IMG/VR virus record: IMGVR_UViG_3300007760_001422
Span: 67,446 to 131,445 of that record
DNA: 64,000 nt
Source of the DNA: a virus
Direction: 5' to 3' (one strand)
Part shown: positions 20,701 through 29,586 of the stretch, in pieces
Layout: the number at the start of each line of letters is the position of its first letter
Numbering within the stretch: the stretch's first letter is position 1
Notes under the pieces: model-generated
What the model saw: the letters and a program-made list of their open reading frames with translations, nothing else
What the model was told of the DNA's origin: nothing
The model's database searches: none
Translations under genes and position numbers: made by a program

Positions 20701-21665
20701 CCCAAGTCTTTCGCGAACTTTTTAAAATAGGCACCTATGGCCCCTTTAGCTTGGCTGTCACCCATTATAATGGCCTTTGCGTGGGTGCCTCTTGGTTGCA
20801 GCGAAACGCCGACGTGAGTTGGGTTGGCATTAACGCCGGCCAGTGCGTTGCTGCTATTATTGTTTTTCTTAAGTGTTCCGTCGACACAATCACCATTATC
20901 AAAATTGTTGCCGGCTCCGCCCGGGCCGCCGGGTCCGCCTTGAGTATGCACGGCAGGCTCTGTACTGTTAACCATGCTCACGTATATTGGGCCGCTCCAG
21001 TTGTGCTTGTCTGTATAGTCAACCCATACCAAGTCCCCGGGCTTTGGTTCCTCTAGGGTGTCCGTTTGTGCAATAAAAGTATCGTGCATATCAATTATTG
21101 GTTGGTGGGGTCCGGGAGTATGGCTCCCGTCGTCCAGTGCCGATGGTTCAGCTATGTGCGAATGCAACTCTGGTATTCTTACTTTGATTTCAACAAAGAC
21201 CGGATTATCTGATACTAGTGCAGCTACGGAACTGATCATCTTACCCAACCACGAAGTGCCTTGATTTGAGCCGCCGGCTGGTTTTTTGCCCGATTTACCC
21301 ACGTCAACACGGAGCACAACACCAACATATGGGCCCGAGCCTTTCAGTGAATCTGACTTGTATTGGTCTTCTGCTGATGATTTAGTGGCAGAAAAGAATG
21401 AATCTAATTTTGGATCAAAAGAGCGATATACTTGTGGCGGTTCAAGATTATTCAAAGAACCATATGGCCAACTAGGGCCGGCAGTCGTGGCTGTTTGGTT
21501 TTGGGGGGCGCCCGTGGTGGCCGGTTTTTTTGATTTTCCCTCTGTTTTTGTTGCAGCATCCTTTGGGGTTGCCGGTGTTTTGGGTGGCTTCGAAGGTGGT
21601 GGTGGCTTTGTCGCTGCAGGTTTTGTTGCGGGGGGCTTCCCGGGCACTATTGGCTTTGCTCCCAT
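17724..21665 (-). CDS. Multidomain tail-tip/hub protein: Pro/Lys-rich N-terminus, gp5-like OB fold, SGNH esterase, coiled coil, lysozyme-like/SLT domain, Cys/Lys-rich tail
   Basis: IKVRIPELH...PKPGDLVWVDY (OB fold). IIMGDSQ / TLGGNG / YDGTH (SGNH blocks I, III, V). MAYIESHG...YSGLWQF...W (SLT motifs I and II). Confidence 0.75.
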   Translation of the reverse strand: MGAKPIVPGKPPATKPAATKPPPPSKPPKTPATPKDAATKTEGKSKKPATTGAPQNQTATTAGPSWPYGSLNNLEPPQVYRSFDPKLDSFFSATKSSAEDQYKSDSLKGSGPYVGVVLRVDVGKSGKKPAGGSNQGTSWLGKMISSVAALVSDNPVFVEIKVRIPELHSHIAEPSALDDGSHTPGPHQPIIDMHDTFIAQTDTLEEPKPGDLVWVDYTDKHNWSGPIYVSMVNSTEPAVHTQGGPGGPGGAGNNFDNGDCVDGTLKKNNNSSNALAGVNANPTHVGVSLQPRGTHAKAIIMGDSQAKGAIGAYFKKFAKDLGYTNVVRKGSRYRQTYKKLKKKVGKAEAAKQSLQEQIQRGVTCWGGKDVTFFATGHGWTMIKKHLTRNVGLVMITLGGNGPKASLAGKHAALLCTKIKRLCPSATIIFSGCPPCVRVGLWKGGYARSYPSRSKRILRYLKKNPDAGWDKMSVLINPKSPWYKNGSRRARNKSIRKNLVSMASQNVYYVEPFELMKGYPTASKTAYDGTHAPLWAAKILVDNIARLMLGKIKQGTSTLPKQAGGVKSLKPQKLPPPKVENPANLQVNAALLTYIEEFNKVSGLIEAIWSTEFLDKKITDTYGSIFDTPPKGVLGQQQPAGLGGTPALELLKTESMMNFTKNDKKKPTNDSIAWPNYIVHEIALVHKAAMTNIFGAGVSVKDVAAQKAKYEKLKAALLELVQKQPEKKAEAEKAEKIRLFFETVEKQPKHLEWIKNKGAKLSQEEKTAADKAAAEKAAKEKEKADKAMKKLEDTLAQAQEQLGMVDKEIKKYGWPLKKGHPPDDKTITNLFLSTQASGIPSAAPPDKPWPPDSEGAMTADAAKAKAKLLSTAKKKWTKRIKEIEEKIKAATPPIAPVDDPCHPGSTGFVDYGNLGSGFKYPAGTRRKTYVPAAEDAIAKACKFYEKHYPYPYEEFVAHVKTMAYIESHGTVNCINAGGYSGLWQFNNRSWVGYRKYKGAPSSPHHSVLFIRDIKHALNPYVQAFRTAHTMCKKIRLAQRLIGKGHAFTPLIMYLFHQQGGGGCRNVLCRYRHKLNYAQNLGHAANMKKGLYVGGGKWGSKGGKCKRCAKYGGKWPKHYRKNGKKYTRRRIKARDCKCAAFLLHVKDAAGNLVPDGCWIGFPDLNYAMGNCGSKKRQPCVRIRCGCHPRAFMANYFGRWKGWVRAGNANRPKSPRGGWKYNSIKRDRAIAMFGYKCPKKGSRKCWNKKGKANSMNCCGQRKVENSKVPYTLMYPPAQAVQKGLASPRMAKPYWNEWTLVRGHVGASAAKLHPNAK

Positions 21666-21669
21666 GGTA

Positions 21670-21981
21670 CTAATTAGCCTCTTGAATTAAATCAAATATT
21701 TGGTCCCTGTCTTCTTCTGATAGTGATTTTGAAGCCGGGCCTTCTTTCTTTTGTAAAATCGATGTCACTTTCACCAACTGCTCATTTGAGCGCTGCAGCG
21801 TTTCAACATATTTTGCTGCAATTATTCCGAGGCTTTTGTGTATTTCTTCAGAAGGTGATTTTTTAAGTTCAACAACCAAATCGGCCAATAGACTATTTGT
21901 GACCGCCCTGTCATTGCGAATGTTTGTGATTGCCTCGTTGATATAAGAATTAATACCTTCGTTATCTATTCGTTGTCCCAC
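21670..21981 (-). CDS. Hypothetical protein (helical)
   Basis: 103-aa ORF overlapping the end of the sigma factor gene. Confidence 0.65.
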   Translation of the reverse strand: MGQRIDNEGINSYINEAITNIRNDRAVTNSLLADLVVELKKSPSEEIHKSLGIIAAKYVETLQRSNEQLVKVTSILQKKEGPASKSLSEEDRDQIFDLIQEAN

Positions 21982-22640
21982 TTTGTTTTAAAGTCCCTAT
22001 ATTTGATCCGTAATTTATTAAGATTGCTAACAACCTGTTTGGTGTTCAATCCTGTTATCTCACGTATATATAGATAAATAGCTTTTTTGTTGAAAATTTC
22101 AATATCTTCAGAAGAATCAAATAAAATTTTTATAGCCTCTAATACCTTTCTTTCATTTGCTTTAAGTTTCTCCGTTTCCCAAGAATTAATTTCTTCCCAC
22201 AATATTTTCCAAAATTCAAATCTTTCTCTATCATCATAATACGTATTCTTTGTAACCATATATTCTTCGTGGGCTTCTTGGTGTAACGATTCGAATTGAA
22301 TTTCCCTTTTAGTGCGAATTGCATTCTTTTTAACTTTGTGAATAAACCAATTTTTAGTTATAACACTAAAATAAGAAAATGCCTTTGGGCCCTTATTCGG
22401 ATCGAATTTGTCCAAAATGGTTGTAAGCCATATTTTGCACTCTTCTTTTAAAATATCAATATTTGGTAAATTTGTAAACTTATACGTATATACAATTTTT
22501 TCAACCATTTCATGAAAAACAGGTTCGATAAGTCGTTTATATAAATCTGTTTTTATCTTAAGATCATCCGTTGATGCATACAAAACTATTGCATCTTGAT
22601 GTTCTTTGGTAAAATAATAGTTCTTTTTTCTTTTAGCCAT
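21966..22640 (-). CDS. Phage RNA polymerase sigma factor (T4 gp55-like late sigma)
   Basis: YYFTKEHQDAI...YTYKF...LDKFDPNKGPKAFSYFSVITKNWFI matches the sigma region 2 pattern of phage late sigma factors. C-terminal HTH-like segment YIREITGLNTKQV. Confidence 0.75.
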   Translation of the reverse strand: MAKRKKNYYFTKEHQDAIVLYASTDDLKIKTDLYKRLIEPVFHEMVEKIVYTYKFTNLPNIDILKEECKIWLTTILDKFDPNKGPKAFSYFSVITKNWFIHKVKKNAIRTKREIQFESLHQEAHEEYMVTKNTYYDDRERFEFWKILWEEINSWETEKLKANERKVLEAIKILFDSSEDIEIFNKKAIYLYIREITGLNTKQVVSNLNKLRIKYRDFKTKWDNE

Positions 22641-22644
22641 TTTG

Positions 22645-22935
22645 TTACTCTTCTACTTCGTTATCTTTTTCTTGAATAAAATCATATAATTCTGCATATG
22701 CTTCTACTTCTTCAACAATTTCTTTTGAATGCTGCAGCAAAGACTGCAGTCTTTCATCTCCATAAAAAGTCTCTTGATTATAAAGTGCTTCTAGGTGAGC
22801 TGAAAAATTATTAAGTTTGTCGACAAGATCTCCGATATTTTCATCATCGGTTAATATTTTCTTCAATAACTGAACAATATACCAAATTAGAAGACCATTA
22901 GCTATAACTGATAGTATCAACAGGGTTAAGGTCAT
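22645..22935 (-). CDS. Hypothetical protein with N-terminal TM helix and coiled coil
   Basis: LTLLILSVIANGLLIWYIV hydrophobic segment. Confidence 0.65.
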   Translation of the reverse strand: MTLTLLILSVIANGLLIWYIVQLLKKILTDDENIGDLVDKLNNFSAHLEALYNQETFYGDERLQSLLQHSKEIVEEVEAYAELYDFIQEKDNEVEE

Positions 22936-23192
22936 TTTTTAATGCTCCTCTTTTTAATATTCTTCTTTTCTTTTTTCAAATCTTCTTTGGCATCTTTAAT
23001 AAAATTTTCCACAACACCACCAACAGGCAGATCTCGGGGGGCCTCTTTATTAACAGTAAAGAATGTCGATGGAATTCTTTCTAGAGTGTCTTGTTCGTTG
23101 CAATGATTACAATCTCTTATCTGCTCCGACATGGAGTGGGTTAGTTCAAACTGTTCTTCACAACTCTTACAATAATATGTATAGCACGGCAC
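22932..23192 (-). CDS. FmdB-family zinc-ribbon protein
   Basis: MPCYTYYCKSC...CNHC...LERI matches the FmdB/Zn-ribbon_8 pattern. Confidence 0.8.
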   Translation of the reverse strand: MPCYTYYCKSCEEQFELTHSMSEQIRDCNHCNEQDTLERIPSTFFTVNKEAPRDLPVGGVVENFIKDAKEDLKKEKKNIKKRSIKK

Positions 23193-23194
23193 CG

Positions 23195-23422
23195 TTATTC
23201 AACTTCTGTGCTTGGTTCTTCATACTCATCATTGGTAAATTTCAATACCGGTGGGTTCATCACCATCAGGCCAGAATCCGATACCTTAAATTTAAACCCC
23301 TTCAAAACAGGAACGATATCGCTCTGTTCCATCAGGCTTTTTTGCAACGCCATCATAACCGCCCCAACAGACTGATCTGATAGTTTTAAATCTTCTTTTT
23401 TAGGCATGTGTTTCTCCTTCAT
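23195..23422 (-). CDS. Small hypothetical protein
   Basis: 75-aa ORF in the operon; likely true start is MPKKED (~23407) after a GGAG SD. Confidence 0.6.
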   Translation of the reverse strand: MKEKHMPKKEDLKLSDQSVGAVMMALQKSLMEQSDIVPVLKGFKFKVSDSGLMVMNPPVLKFTNDEYEEPSTEVE

Positions 23423-24293
23423 TTTCTTTAAGGAAGCATCTGCTTATTCCCTCTTCTAGTGTTATCTTTGCAGACCAGCCCAATTCATTTAGTGGGGCTG
23501 TGTCTGCTTTAGAGTAAAAAATATCGCCGCTTCGTTCGTTTTTATGCATAAATTCTATATTTGGTTTTTTTCTTTGTATAATATTTTTTATAGAGTTTAA
23601 TGATACACTTTCTCCCGTTCCAATATCATAACTCTGGCCGCGTAAGGGCCCATAGTGTTCCATCATAAACATATTTGCAGACACTACATCATCGACATGA
23701 ATAAAGTCCCTGCTCTGATCGCCGTAGCCATTAATAAAAGGAATTTTATCCTTTTTTATATAATCCATCCAGTTGGATATAACTGTTGCATATGCATCGT
23801 TAGGCTTTTGATCTTCAGAGTATACATTAAAATATCTTAAACATACCGTATCCAAATTATACAATTTTGAATAAAGCTTGCATTCCATTTCAGAAATCAA
23901 TTTCTGTAGACCATATGGGCTTTCTGGTTCGCAGTCAGAGGAATTTCCATATACCGCTGCAGAGCTTGAATAAACAAATCTCTTGGCGCCAACCTTTCTT
24001 GCAAAATTTAAAAGATAACTAGTGCAAAGTACATTGTTCTCCAAGGACTCAACCGGCTTTTCTACGCTATATTGCACAGAAGGTAAGCATGCCAAATGAA
24101 AAACATAATCGGGCTTAAAGTTATAATAGTGAGGATGGAACCTCCCATCGGTATATTCTTTAAAGTCGCGAAGAATATTATGATTATGATCGCTCAAATC
24201 AATCCCTTGCACTTCGTGGCCGGCCTCTCTCAATTTTCGAGACAGTTTTGCTCCTATATAGCCCTTATGTCCGGTTACCAAACAACGACTCAT
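23400..24293 (-). CDS. NAD-dependent sugar epimerase/dehydratase (extended SDR)
   Basis: VTGHKGYIG, YSSSAAVYG, SPYGLQK (YxxxK), LRYFNVY, RDFIHVDD. Confidence 0.9.
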   Translation of the reverse strand: MSRCLVTGHKGYIGAKLSRKLREAGHEVQGIDLSDHNHNILRDFKEYTDGRFHPHYYNFKPDYVFHLACLPSVQYSVEKPVESLENNVLCTSYLLNFARKVGAKRFVYSSSAAVYGNSSDCEPESPYGLQKLISEMECKLYSKLYNLDTVCLRYFNVYSEDQKPNDAYATVISNWMDYIKKDKIPFINGYGDQSRDFIHVDDVVSANMFMMEHYGPLRGQSYDIGTGESVSLNSIKNIIQRKKPNIEFMHKNERSGDIFYSKADTAPLNELGWSAKITLEEGISRCFLKENEGETHA

Positions 24294-25258
24294 CTTTTTA
24301 TCGCCTCTAAATCTGTTTCATACATCATTCTGGCCAACATGTTTAAATCGGTTTTGGGCTCCCACCCTAAATGTTTTTTCGCCTTCGATGAATCTCCAAT
24401 CAAATATGGCACTTCATGAGGGCGAAAGAATTTAGGATCAATTTCTACATATTTTTCTGCTGGGCCTAGGTCCGCATAATCAAACACCAAGTCTAAAAAT
24501 TCTTTCACAGAGTGGGTCTTTCCGGTTGCAATTACATAATCATCTGGCCGGTCTTGCTGCAGCATGAGCCACATGGCTTCCACATAATCGCCGGCAAAGC
24601 CCCAGTCTCTTTTTGCTTCCAAATTACCCAAAAACAATTTGTCTTGGCGCCCTAGTTTTATATTTGCTGCGGCCATTGTTATTTTTCTTGTGACAAATGT
24701 TTCGCCGCGGCGGGGTGATTCATGATTAAATAAAATACCACTCGATGCATGAACTCCATACCCTTCCCTATAATTTCTTACAAGATTGTGTGCAAATACT
24801 TTTGCGCAAGCATACGGCGAAGCAGGCATAAGTTTTGAATGTTCATCAAACGGAGGCTCGGGATTATCCCCAAACATCTCTGATGAAGACGCTTGATAAA
24901 ATTTTGCATCAGGAACTATATCTTTAGCTGCATTAATCAATTTTAATGTTCCCATCACTATTCCATCTACTGTGTATTCAGGTATATCAAACGATACTCT
25001 AACATGCGATTGGCATGCTAAATTATAAATTTCATCTGGTTTATATTTTAATAACATAGACCACATACACCCGGCATCACTTAAATCAAAGTAGTGCATT
25101 TTAAAGTTTGAATTTTTATAAATATGATTGACTCTATCCGTTGTTAATAGGGAAGTTCTTCTTTTTAGTCCAACAACCCTGTAGCCCTTGTTCAAAAGAA
25201 ATTCTGCAAGGTATGAGCCGTCTTGGCCGGTTATGCCAGTAATTAAAGCTGTTTTCAA
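24290..25258 (-). CDS. gmd: GDP-mannose 4,6-dehydratase
   Basis: ALITGITGQDGSYLAE, QASSSEMFG, FNHESPRRGETFVTRKIT, RDWG. TTG start. Confidence 0.97.
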   Translation of the reverse strand: MKTALITGITGQDGSYLAEFLLNKGYRVVGLKRRTSLLTTDRVNHIYKNSNFKMHYFDLSDAGCMWSMLLKYKPDEIYNLACQSHVRVSFDIPEYTVDGIVMGTLKLINAAKDIVPDAKFYQASSSEMFGDNPEPPFDEHSKLMPASPYACAKVFAHNLVRNYREGYGVHASSGILFNHESPRRGETFVTRKITMAAANIKLGRQDKLFLGNLEAKRDWGFAGDYVEAMWLMLQQDRPDDYVIATGKTHSVKEFLDLVFDYADLGPAEKYVEIDPKFFRPHEVPYLIGDSSKAKKHLGWEPKTDLNMLARMMYETDLEAIKR

Positions 25259-26193
25259 TTTATTCCTCTAACCTCCGGATAATTAATTATAAACCATTCA
25301 CATGTATTTTTTAACGCTTCAGTGAATTCAGTATAATTTTCTTTTTCCCAGCCTAGTTCTAAAAGCTTTTTATTATCAGACGGCTTTCTATATTGGCCAG
25401 CTGGCATGTCATCTTGCCAAATGATCTCGCCGTGAAATTCAAAGATATCACAAATTATATTAGCCACCTCTTTAATCGAATACTCTTTTGTGTTTCCTAT
25501 GTTTATTGGATGTTTACCATCATACTTGTCTAACAAAAATAACAAAATTCTTGCCACATCATGTGAATAAGTAAACTCTCGCAATGGCGAACCATCTCCC
25601 CACAATTTAACACTGGTATTATTATTTTTTGCTTCATATACTTTTCTTATTATAGCTGGTAGTACATGACTGTCGTTTAAATGAAAATTATCATTTATTC
25701 CAAAAAGATTATTTGGAATGGCTGTTATAAAATTGCAACCATGCTGTTTTCTATAGGCACGAGATTGAACATCTAACATTCTTTTTGCATATGCATACCC
25801 AAAGTTTGAATAATGGGGTTCGCCGTTATGAAACTGTTCTTCTGTGAGCGGATAAGTTACCTCGTTTGGGTAAACGCATGTACTTAATAAGGAAATGACC
25901 TTTTTGGTGCCATAACGATGAGCAGCATCCAAAACGTTAGTATTGATTAGTATGTTGTCTATAAAGAAGTCTCCAACATAATCACTATTTGCTTTCACTC
26001 CTCCAACCTTTGCAGCTAAATGTATTACTTGTTTTGGTTCGTAATATGAAAACATTCTAGAAACCTCTTTCTTATCTTTAAGATCGAAGTTCTTGGTCCC
26101 AACAAAAACAGCATCGGGCACTAGTTCCCGAAGGGCTACGCCGACCATTCCAGTACCACCTGTCACTAAAATATCAACCATTTTCCCCTCCAT
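25255..26193 (-). CDS. fcl: GDP-L-fucose synthase / GDP-colitose synthase (ColC) family
   Basis: LAAKVGGVKAN, LSTCVYP, YAYAKR, SHVLPAIIRK, WGDGSPLREF. Confidence 0.9.
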   Translation of the reverse strand: MEGKMVDILVTGGTGMVGVALRELVPDAVFVGTKNFDLKDKKEVSRMFSYYEPKQVIHLAAKVGGVKANSDYVGDFFIDNILINTNVLDAAHRYGTKKVISLLSTCVYPNEVTYPLTEEQFHNGEPHYSNFGYAYAKRMLDVQSRAYRKQHGCNFITAIPNNLFGINDNFHLNDSHVLPAIIRKVYEAKNNNTSVKLWGDGSPLREFTYSHDVARILLFLLDKYDGKHPINIGNTKEYSIKEVANIICDIFEFHGEIIWQDDMPAGQYRKPSDNKKLLELGWEKENYTEFTEALKNTCEWFIINYPEVRGIN

Positions 26194-27250
26194 AAATAAC
26201 GTTAAAAATTCGTTTGGCAGCGTTGCCGTCCCATTTTTCCGGTATGTTGCCCCTTTTGTATTCCCCGCTATCTATTTGTTTAATCAGTCGTGTTATGTCG
26301 TTAACGCCATCAACAAGGGTATTGGTGCCAATTGTTACTGTGCTTGGCCTTTCTGTGTTTTTTCTATAAGTTAGGCAAGGCTTCCGAAGAAAGGTAGTTT
26401 CCTCTTGTAATCCACCAGAATCAGTTATTACAATATAACTTTTCTTCACCATATGTAAAAATTCCAAATAGCCAACTGGCTCTATAATATCCAAGTTTTT
26501 AACCGATTTAAATTCATCCCATAGATTAAATTTTTTAATATTATTAATTGTTCTATAGTGCGCAGGAAAAATTATTGGATATTCAATGCTCTTAAAGATT
26601 TCCAACACTTTCTTAAGTGCGATTTCAGTATCAACATTCGATGGCCGATGACAAGTAAAGAGAACATATTTTTTATCTGAATAATTCATTTCTATATGTT
26701 TGCTCTTTGTTTTTTCAACATTTCTAACAAGAGAGTCTATCATTGTGTTTCCGACAAAGTGTATCTTTTGTGTCGGTATGTTGGAAATAAACAAATTTGC
26801 CAACCCATTGCTTTCTGTGACGAAAAGCATGTCACTAATGCTGTCGACGAGGATCCGATTAATTTCTTCCGGCATTGTCATGTCGCCGCTGCGCAAGCCA
26901 GATTCAACGTGGGCAACTTTAATATTAAGCTTTGAGGCGGCTATGGCAGCCGCCAAAGTAGAATTTACGTCGCCATAAACAAAAACCATATCTGGTTCTT
27001 CAGAAATAAAAATTTTTTCAATTGTTTCTAAAACGCGTGCTGTTTGGGCGCCATGGGTGCCAGAGCCAACGCCCAAATTATAGTCTGGCTCTGGCATGTT
27101 CAAAGAATTAAAAAAAGTATCTGACATCTGGGGACTATAATGTTGCCCTGTATGTATCACAACTTGTTTGTCTCTTTTTGCAAGACAGTTGATCACGGGA
27201 GCGGCCTTTACAAAGTTTGGGCGGGCGCCAACAACATGAATTATTTTCAT
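26174..27250 (-). CDS. wecB: UDP-N-acetylglucosamine 2-epimerase (non-hydrolysing)
   Basis: VGARPNFVK, HTGQHY, AHVESGLRS, MPEEINR, TDSGGLQEET, TERP. Confidence 0.93.
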   Translation of the reverse strand: MKIIHVVGARPNFVKAAPVINCLAKRDKQVVIHTGQHYSPQMSDTFFNSLNMPEPDYNLGVGSGTHGAQTARVLETIEKIFISEEPDMVFVYGDVNSTLAAAIAASKLNIKVAHVESGLRSGDMTMPEEINRILVDSISDMLFVTESNGLANLFISNIPTQKIHFVGNTMIDSLVRNVEKTKSKHIEMNYSDKKYVLFTCHRPSNVDTEIALKKVLEIFKSIEYPIIFPAHYRTINNIKKFNLWDEFKSVKNLDIIEPVGYLEFLHMVKKSYIVITDSGGLQEETTFLRKPCLTYRKNTERPSTVTIGTNTLVDGVNDITRLIKQIDSGEYKRGNIPEKWDGNAAKRIFNVIYGGENG

Positions 27251-28230
27251 ATGTTATAATATTCTCTCATCCAATCAATGGTGTTGTGAACGCCCTCTTT
27301 CAAACTTACAGACGGACTGTGTTTAAGATCTCGCTCTGCTCTAGAGGCATCGACAAATTTGTGTTTGGTGGTTAAAATTTCATGTTTGTCTGCATAATTC
27401 ACCAAAGAGGGGTCGGCACCAGTTTTATTCAAAATAATCTCTGCCAAAGTTTCAATTGAATGATTCTCTTTGCTAGCTATATTATATTTTTCACCAGCTT
27501 TAAAATTATCAATAATGTTGCTAATTGTGTTAACTGCATCATAAATATACGTACTTGTTCTAGTGTGACCTTTAAAAACCGTAATTGGCCTATTGTGTAA
27601 TAAATTATAACAAAACAAACAATTAACGCTTCTGAAGGGGTGGTACCATTCTCCGGGGCCATAGGTATTGAATATTCTCACAATAACAGTATCTGTATTG
27701 TATTGGATTCTAGAATTGTGTATCTGCATCTCATTGACTCTTTTGGACATCGCATAATCATTCATTTGTATAATGGGTTCCCGATCTAGAAGATCCTCAT
27801 ACATGATTCCCTCCCAGTCTCCATATACTTCTGATGAAGAACAGTGCACCAATTTAAACCCTAGGCGCTCTTGTAATCTAATAATATTTTTTAATCCAAT
27901 GGCATTAGATTTCCACACCTTTTCATAAAAAAATTCTCCATTCCAGCGGCCGAACTCTGCTGCACAATTAAAAACAACATCTGGCTTTACATATTCTATT
28001 ACATCCTGTATCTGCCTATACTCTGATATGTCGCAGCGAAAATAATTATCATTTTCAACTTTTCCCATGCCGTGAGCATATATTTTATTCGTATGTAACA
28101 GATCGACACCAAAAACGGAATGGCCTTTTTTTATTAATACTTCTTCTAGCTTTTCCCCAACAACTCCAGCGACACCGGTTACTAAAACTCTCAATTTTAT
28201 TCCCCTCTGACTTCCTTGTTTTTGTCCCAT
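27247..28230 (-). CDS. NAD-dependent nucleotide-sugar epimerase/dehydratase
   Basis: VTGVAGVVG, SSSEVYG, YAMSK, FNTYGPGE. Likely true start is TTG at 28194. Confidence 0.88.
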   Translation of the reverse strand: MGQKQGSQRGIKLRVLVTGVAGVVGEKLEEVLIKKGHSVFGVDLLHTNKIYAHGMGKVENDNYFRCDISEYRQIQDVIEYVKPDVVFNCAAEFGRWNGEFFYEKVWKSNAIGLKNIIRLQERLGFKLVHCSSSEVYGDWEGIMYEDLLDREPIIQMNDYAMSKRVNEMQIHNSRIQYNTDTVIVRIFNTYGPGEWYHPFRSVNCLFCYNLLHNRPITVFKGHTRTSTYIYDAVNTISNIIDNFKAGEKYNIASKENHSIETLAEIILNKTGADPSLVNYADKHEILTTKHKFVDASRAERDLKHSPSVSLKEGVHNTIDWMREYYNI

Positions 28231-29015
28231 GCTGCCGAAAGCACTTTGGTGTCAACACCAAGGCGCTGCGCAAAATGAATCATTGCATTTAAATCTTTTG
28301 GAAAGCACTTGCCTCCATAGCCCATTCGCCCATCTGGTCCCGGGACACTTATGTGGGAGTCACCAACCCTGCTGTCTGATATTAGGCCCTCTACGGCCGA
28401 GTCCCATGTTGCCCCGAAATTATCACTAATTTGCCTCATTTCATTCATAAAGCTCAATTTTACAGAGAAAAAACAATTCAACAAATATTTAATAAACTCT
28501 GCAGTAACCGTATCTGTAACTGTATATTTCATTGATGAGAATCTTTTTTCATAAAGGCTTTTTAATTTTGCAGCGGATTCTTTCTCGTCACTTCCTATGA
28601 CGATCTGGGCTGCGTTTATAAAGTCCCACTTTGCTCTACGTTCAGTTAAAAACTCTGGATTCGACACAATGTTTAGGCCATGTTTTTTTGACAGTCTTCT
28701 GCAGGTTCCCGGGACAACTGTTGACTTGATAACAATTGTTTGTTTAAATGGATCAACTTTCGAACCAATCTCTTCTAAAACATTCTCTATGATTGAAAGA
28801 TCGATGGACATATCTGCTCTTGGCGGCGTGGGAACGCAAACAAAAATAAAATCTGATTGTGTTACCACCTCCTCCAAAGAGTGTGTCCGTTTGTTGGAGT
28901 CTGTGTCATATATTTTTACGTCGAAATCATATGAGTTGCTCGAACTAAATCCAAAAGATACAGCCGAACCCACAAAACCTCCACCAATTACTCCAACTCT
29001 ATAATTATTATTCAT
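28197..29015 (-). CDS. UDP-glucose/GDP-mannose dehydrogenase family protein (short form lacking the C-terminal domain)
   Basis: GGGFVG, CVPTP, IKSTVVPGT, NPEFL, GYGGKCFPKD with catalytic Cys. Confidence 0.88.
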   Translation of the reverse strand: MNNNYRVGVIGGGFVGSAVSFGFSSSNSYDFDVKIYDTDSNKRTHSLEEVVTQSDFIFVCVPTPPRADMSIDLSIIENVLEEIGSKVDPFKQTIVIKSTVVPGTCRRLSKKHGLNIVSNPEFLTERRAKWDFINAAQIVIGSDEKESAAKLKSLYEKRFSSMKYTVTDTVTAEFIKYLLNCFFSVKLSFMNEMRQISDNFGATWDSAVEGLISDSRVGDSHISVPGPDGRMGYGGKCFPKDLNAMIHFAQRLGVDTKVLSAAWDKNKEVRGE

Positions 29016-29583
29016 TTTTTCCTATCCCTTTTTGTATGCCCAAAATTTTATTAGCCCATCTTTTAGCCAATAAATTATATCCCTCGTGTGTATAATGCAC
29101 ATTGTCGATATAATATTTTTCAGTCCCAGACATATCACATGTTTCGAAATGCATCTTATTAGATAATTTTAGTATAATATCATTATATTTTTCAATAAAA
29201 TCAACATTTTTAATATATAAAGGCGTAAAACCTAGTTTTGGCAAGGTGGCCACTATAACTTCCATGCCGTGAACCCTAAGAATCGATATCATTTGTCGCA
29301 TGTTATCTTCATAAACTTCTGTGGGTATTGGTATTTTGGTGTCGTTTGTTCCTATCATCAGCAAGGCTAAATTCGCATTGCTATGGGAGTTGGCAGCTGA
29401 CCATGTACGCCTCAATAAGTCCGAACTAGTTTCTCCACTAATTCCATGATTGTGACAAAAATAAAACTCACCAGTAGCGTTTGTGAGTATCTTTCCTAGT
29501 TCAGCGGGATAAGATCTTCCATATGGATCTCTTGCCCCATATGTAATGGAGTCCCCTAAACATAAAATTTCATTCCATATCAT
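29008..29583 (-). CDS. SGNH/GDSL hydrolase (acetyl-esterase/transferase-like)
   Basis: LGDSITYG, NHGISGETS, IGTND, DNVH. Confidence 0.9.
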   Translation of the reverse strand: MIWNEILCLGDSITYGARDPYGRSYPAELGKILTNATGEFYFCHNHGISGETSSDLLRRTWSAANSHSNANLALLMIGTNDTKIPIPTEVYEDNMRQMISILRVHGMEVIVATLPKLGFTPLYIKNVDFIEKYNDIILKLSNKMHFETCDMSGTEKYYIDNVHYTHEGYNLLAKRWANKILGIQKGIGKNE

Positions 29584-29586
29584 TTT

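Noticed and set aside
1-21665. eCIS/tailocin or T6SS locus
   Set aside because: The phage sigma, PhoH, tmRNA and head-like genes, and the lack of eCIS ATPase or T6SS membrane-complex genes, favour a true phage. Capsid genes are outside this window.
18952-21690. Plus-strand ORFs of 100-226 aa (e.g. 18952-19632, 19663-20091, 21286-21690)
   Set aside because: Antisense mirrors of the Lys/Ala/Pro-rich 1313-aa gene; Phe/Ser/Leu-rich with no SD or motifs.
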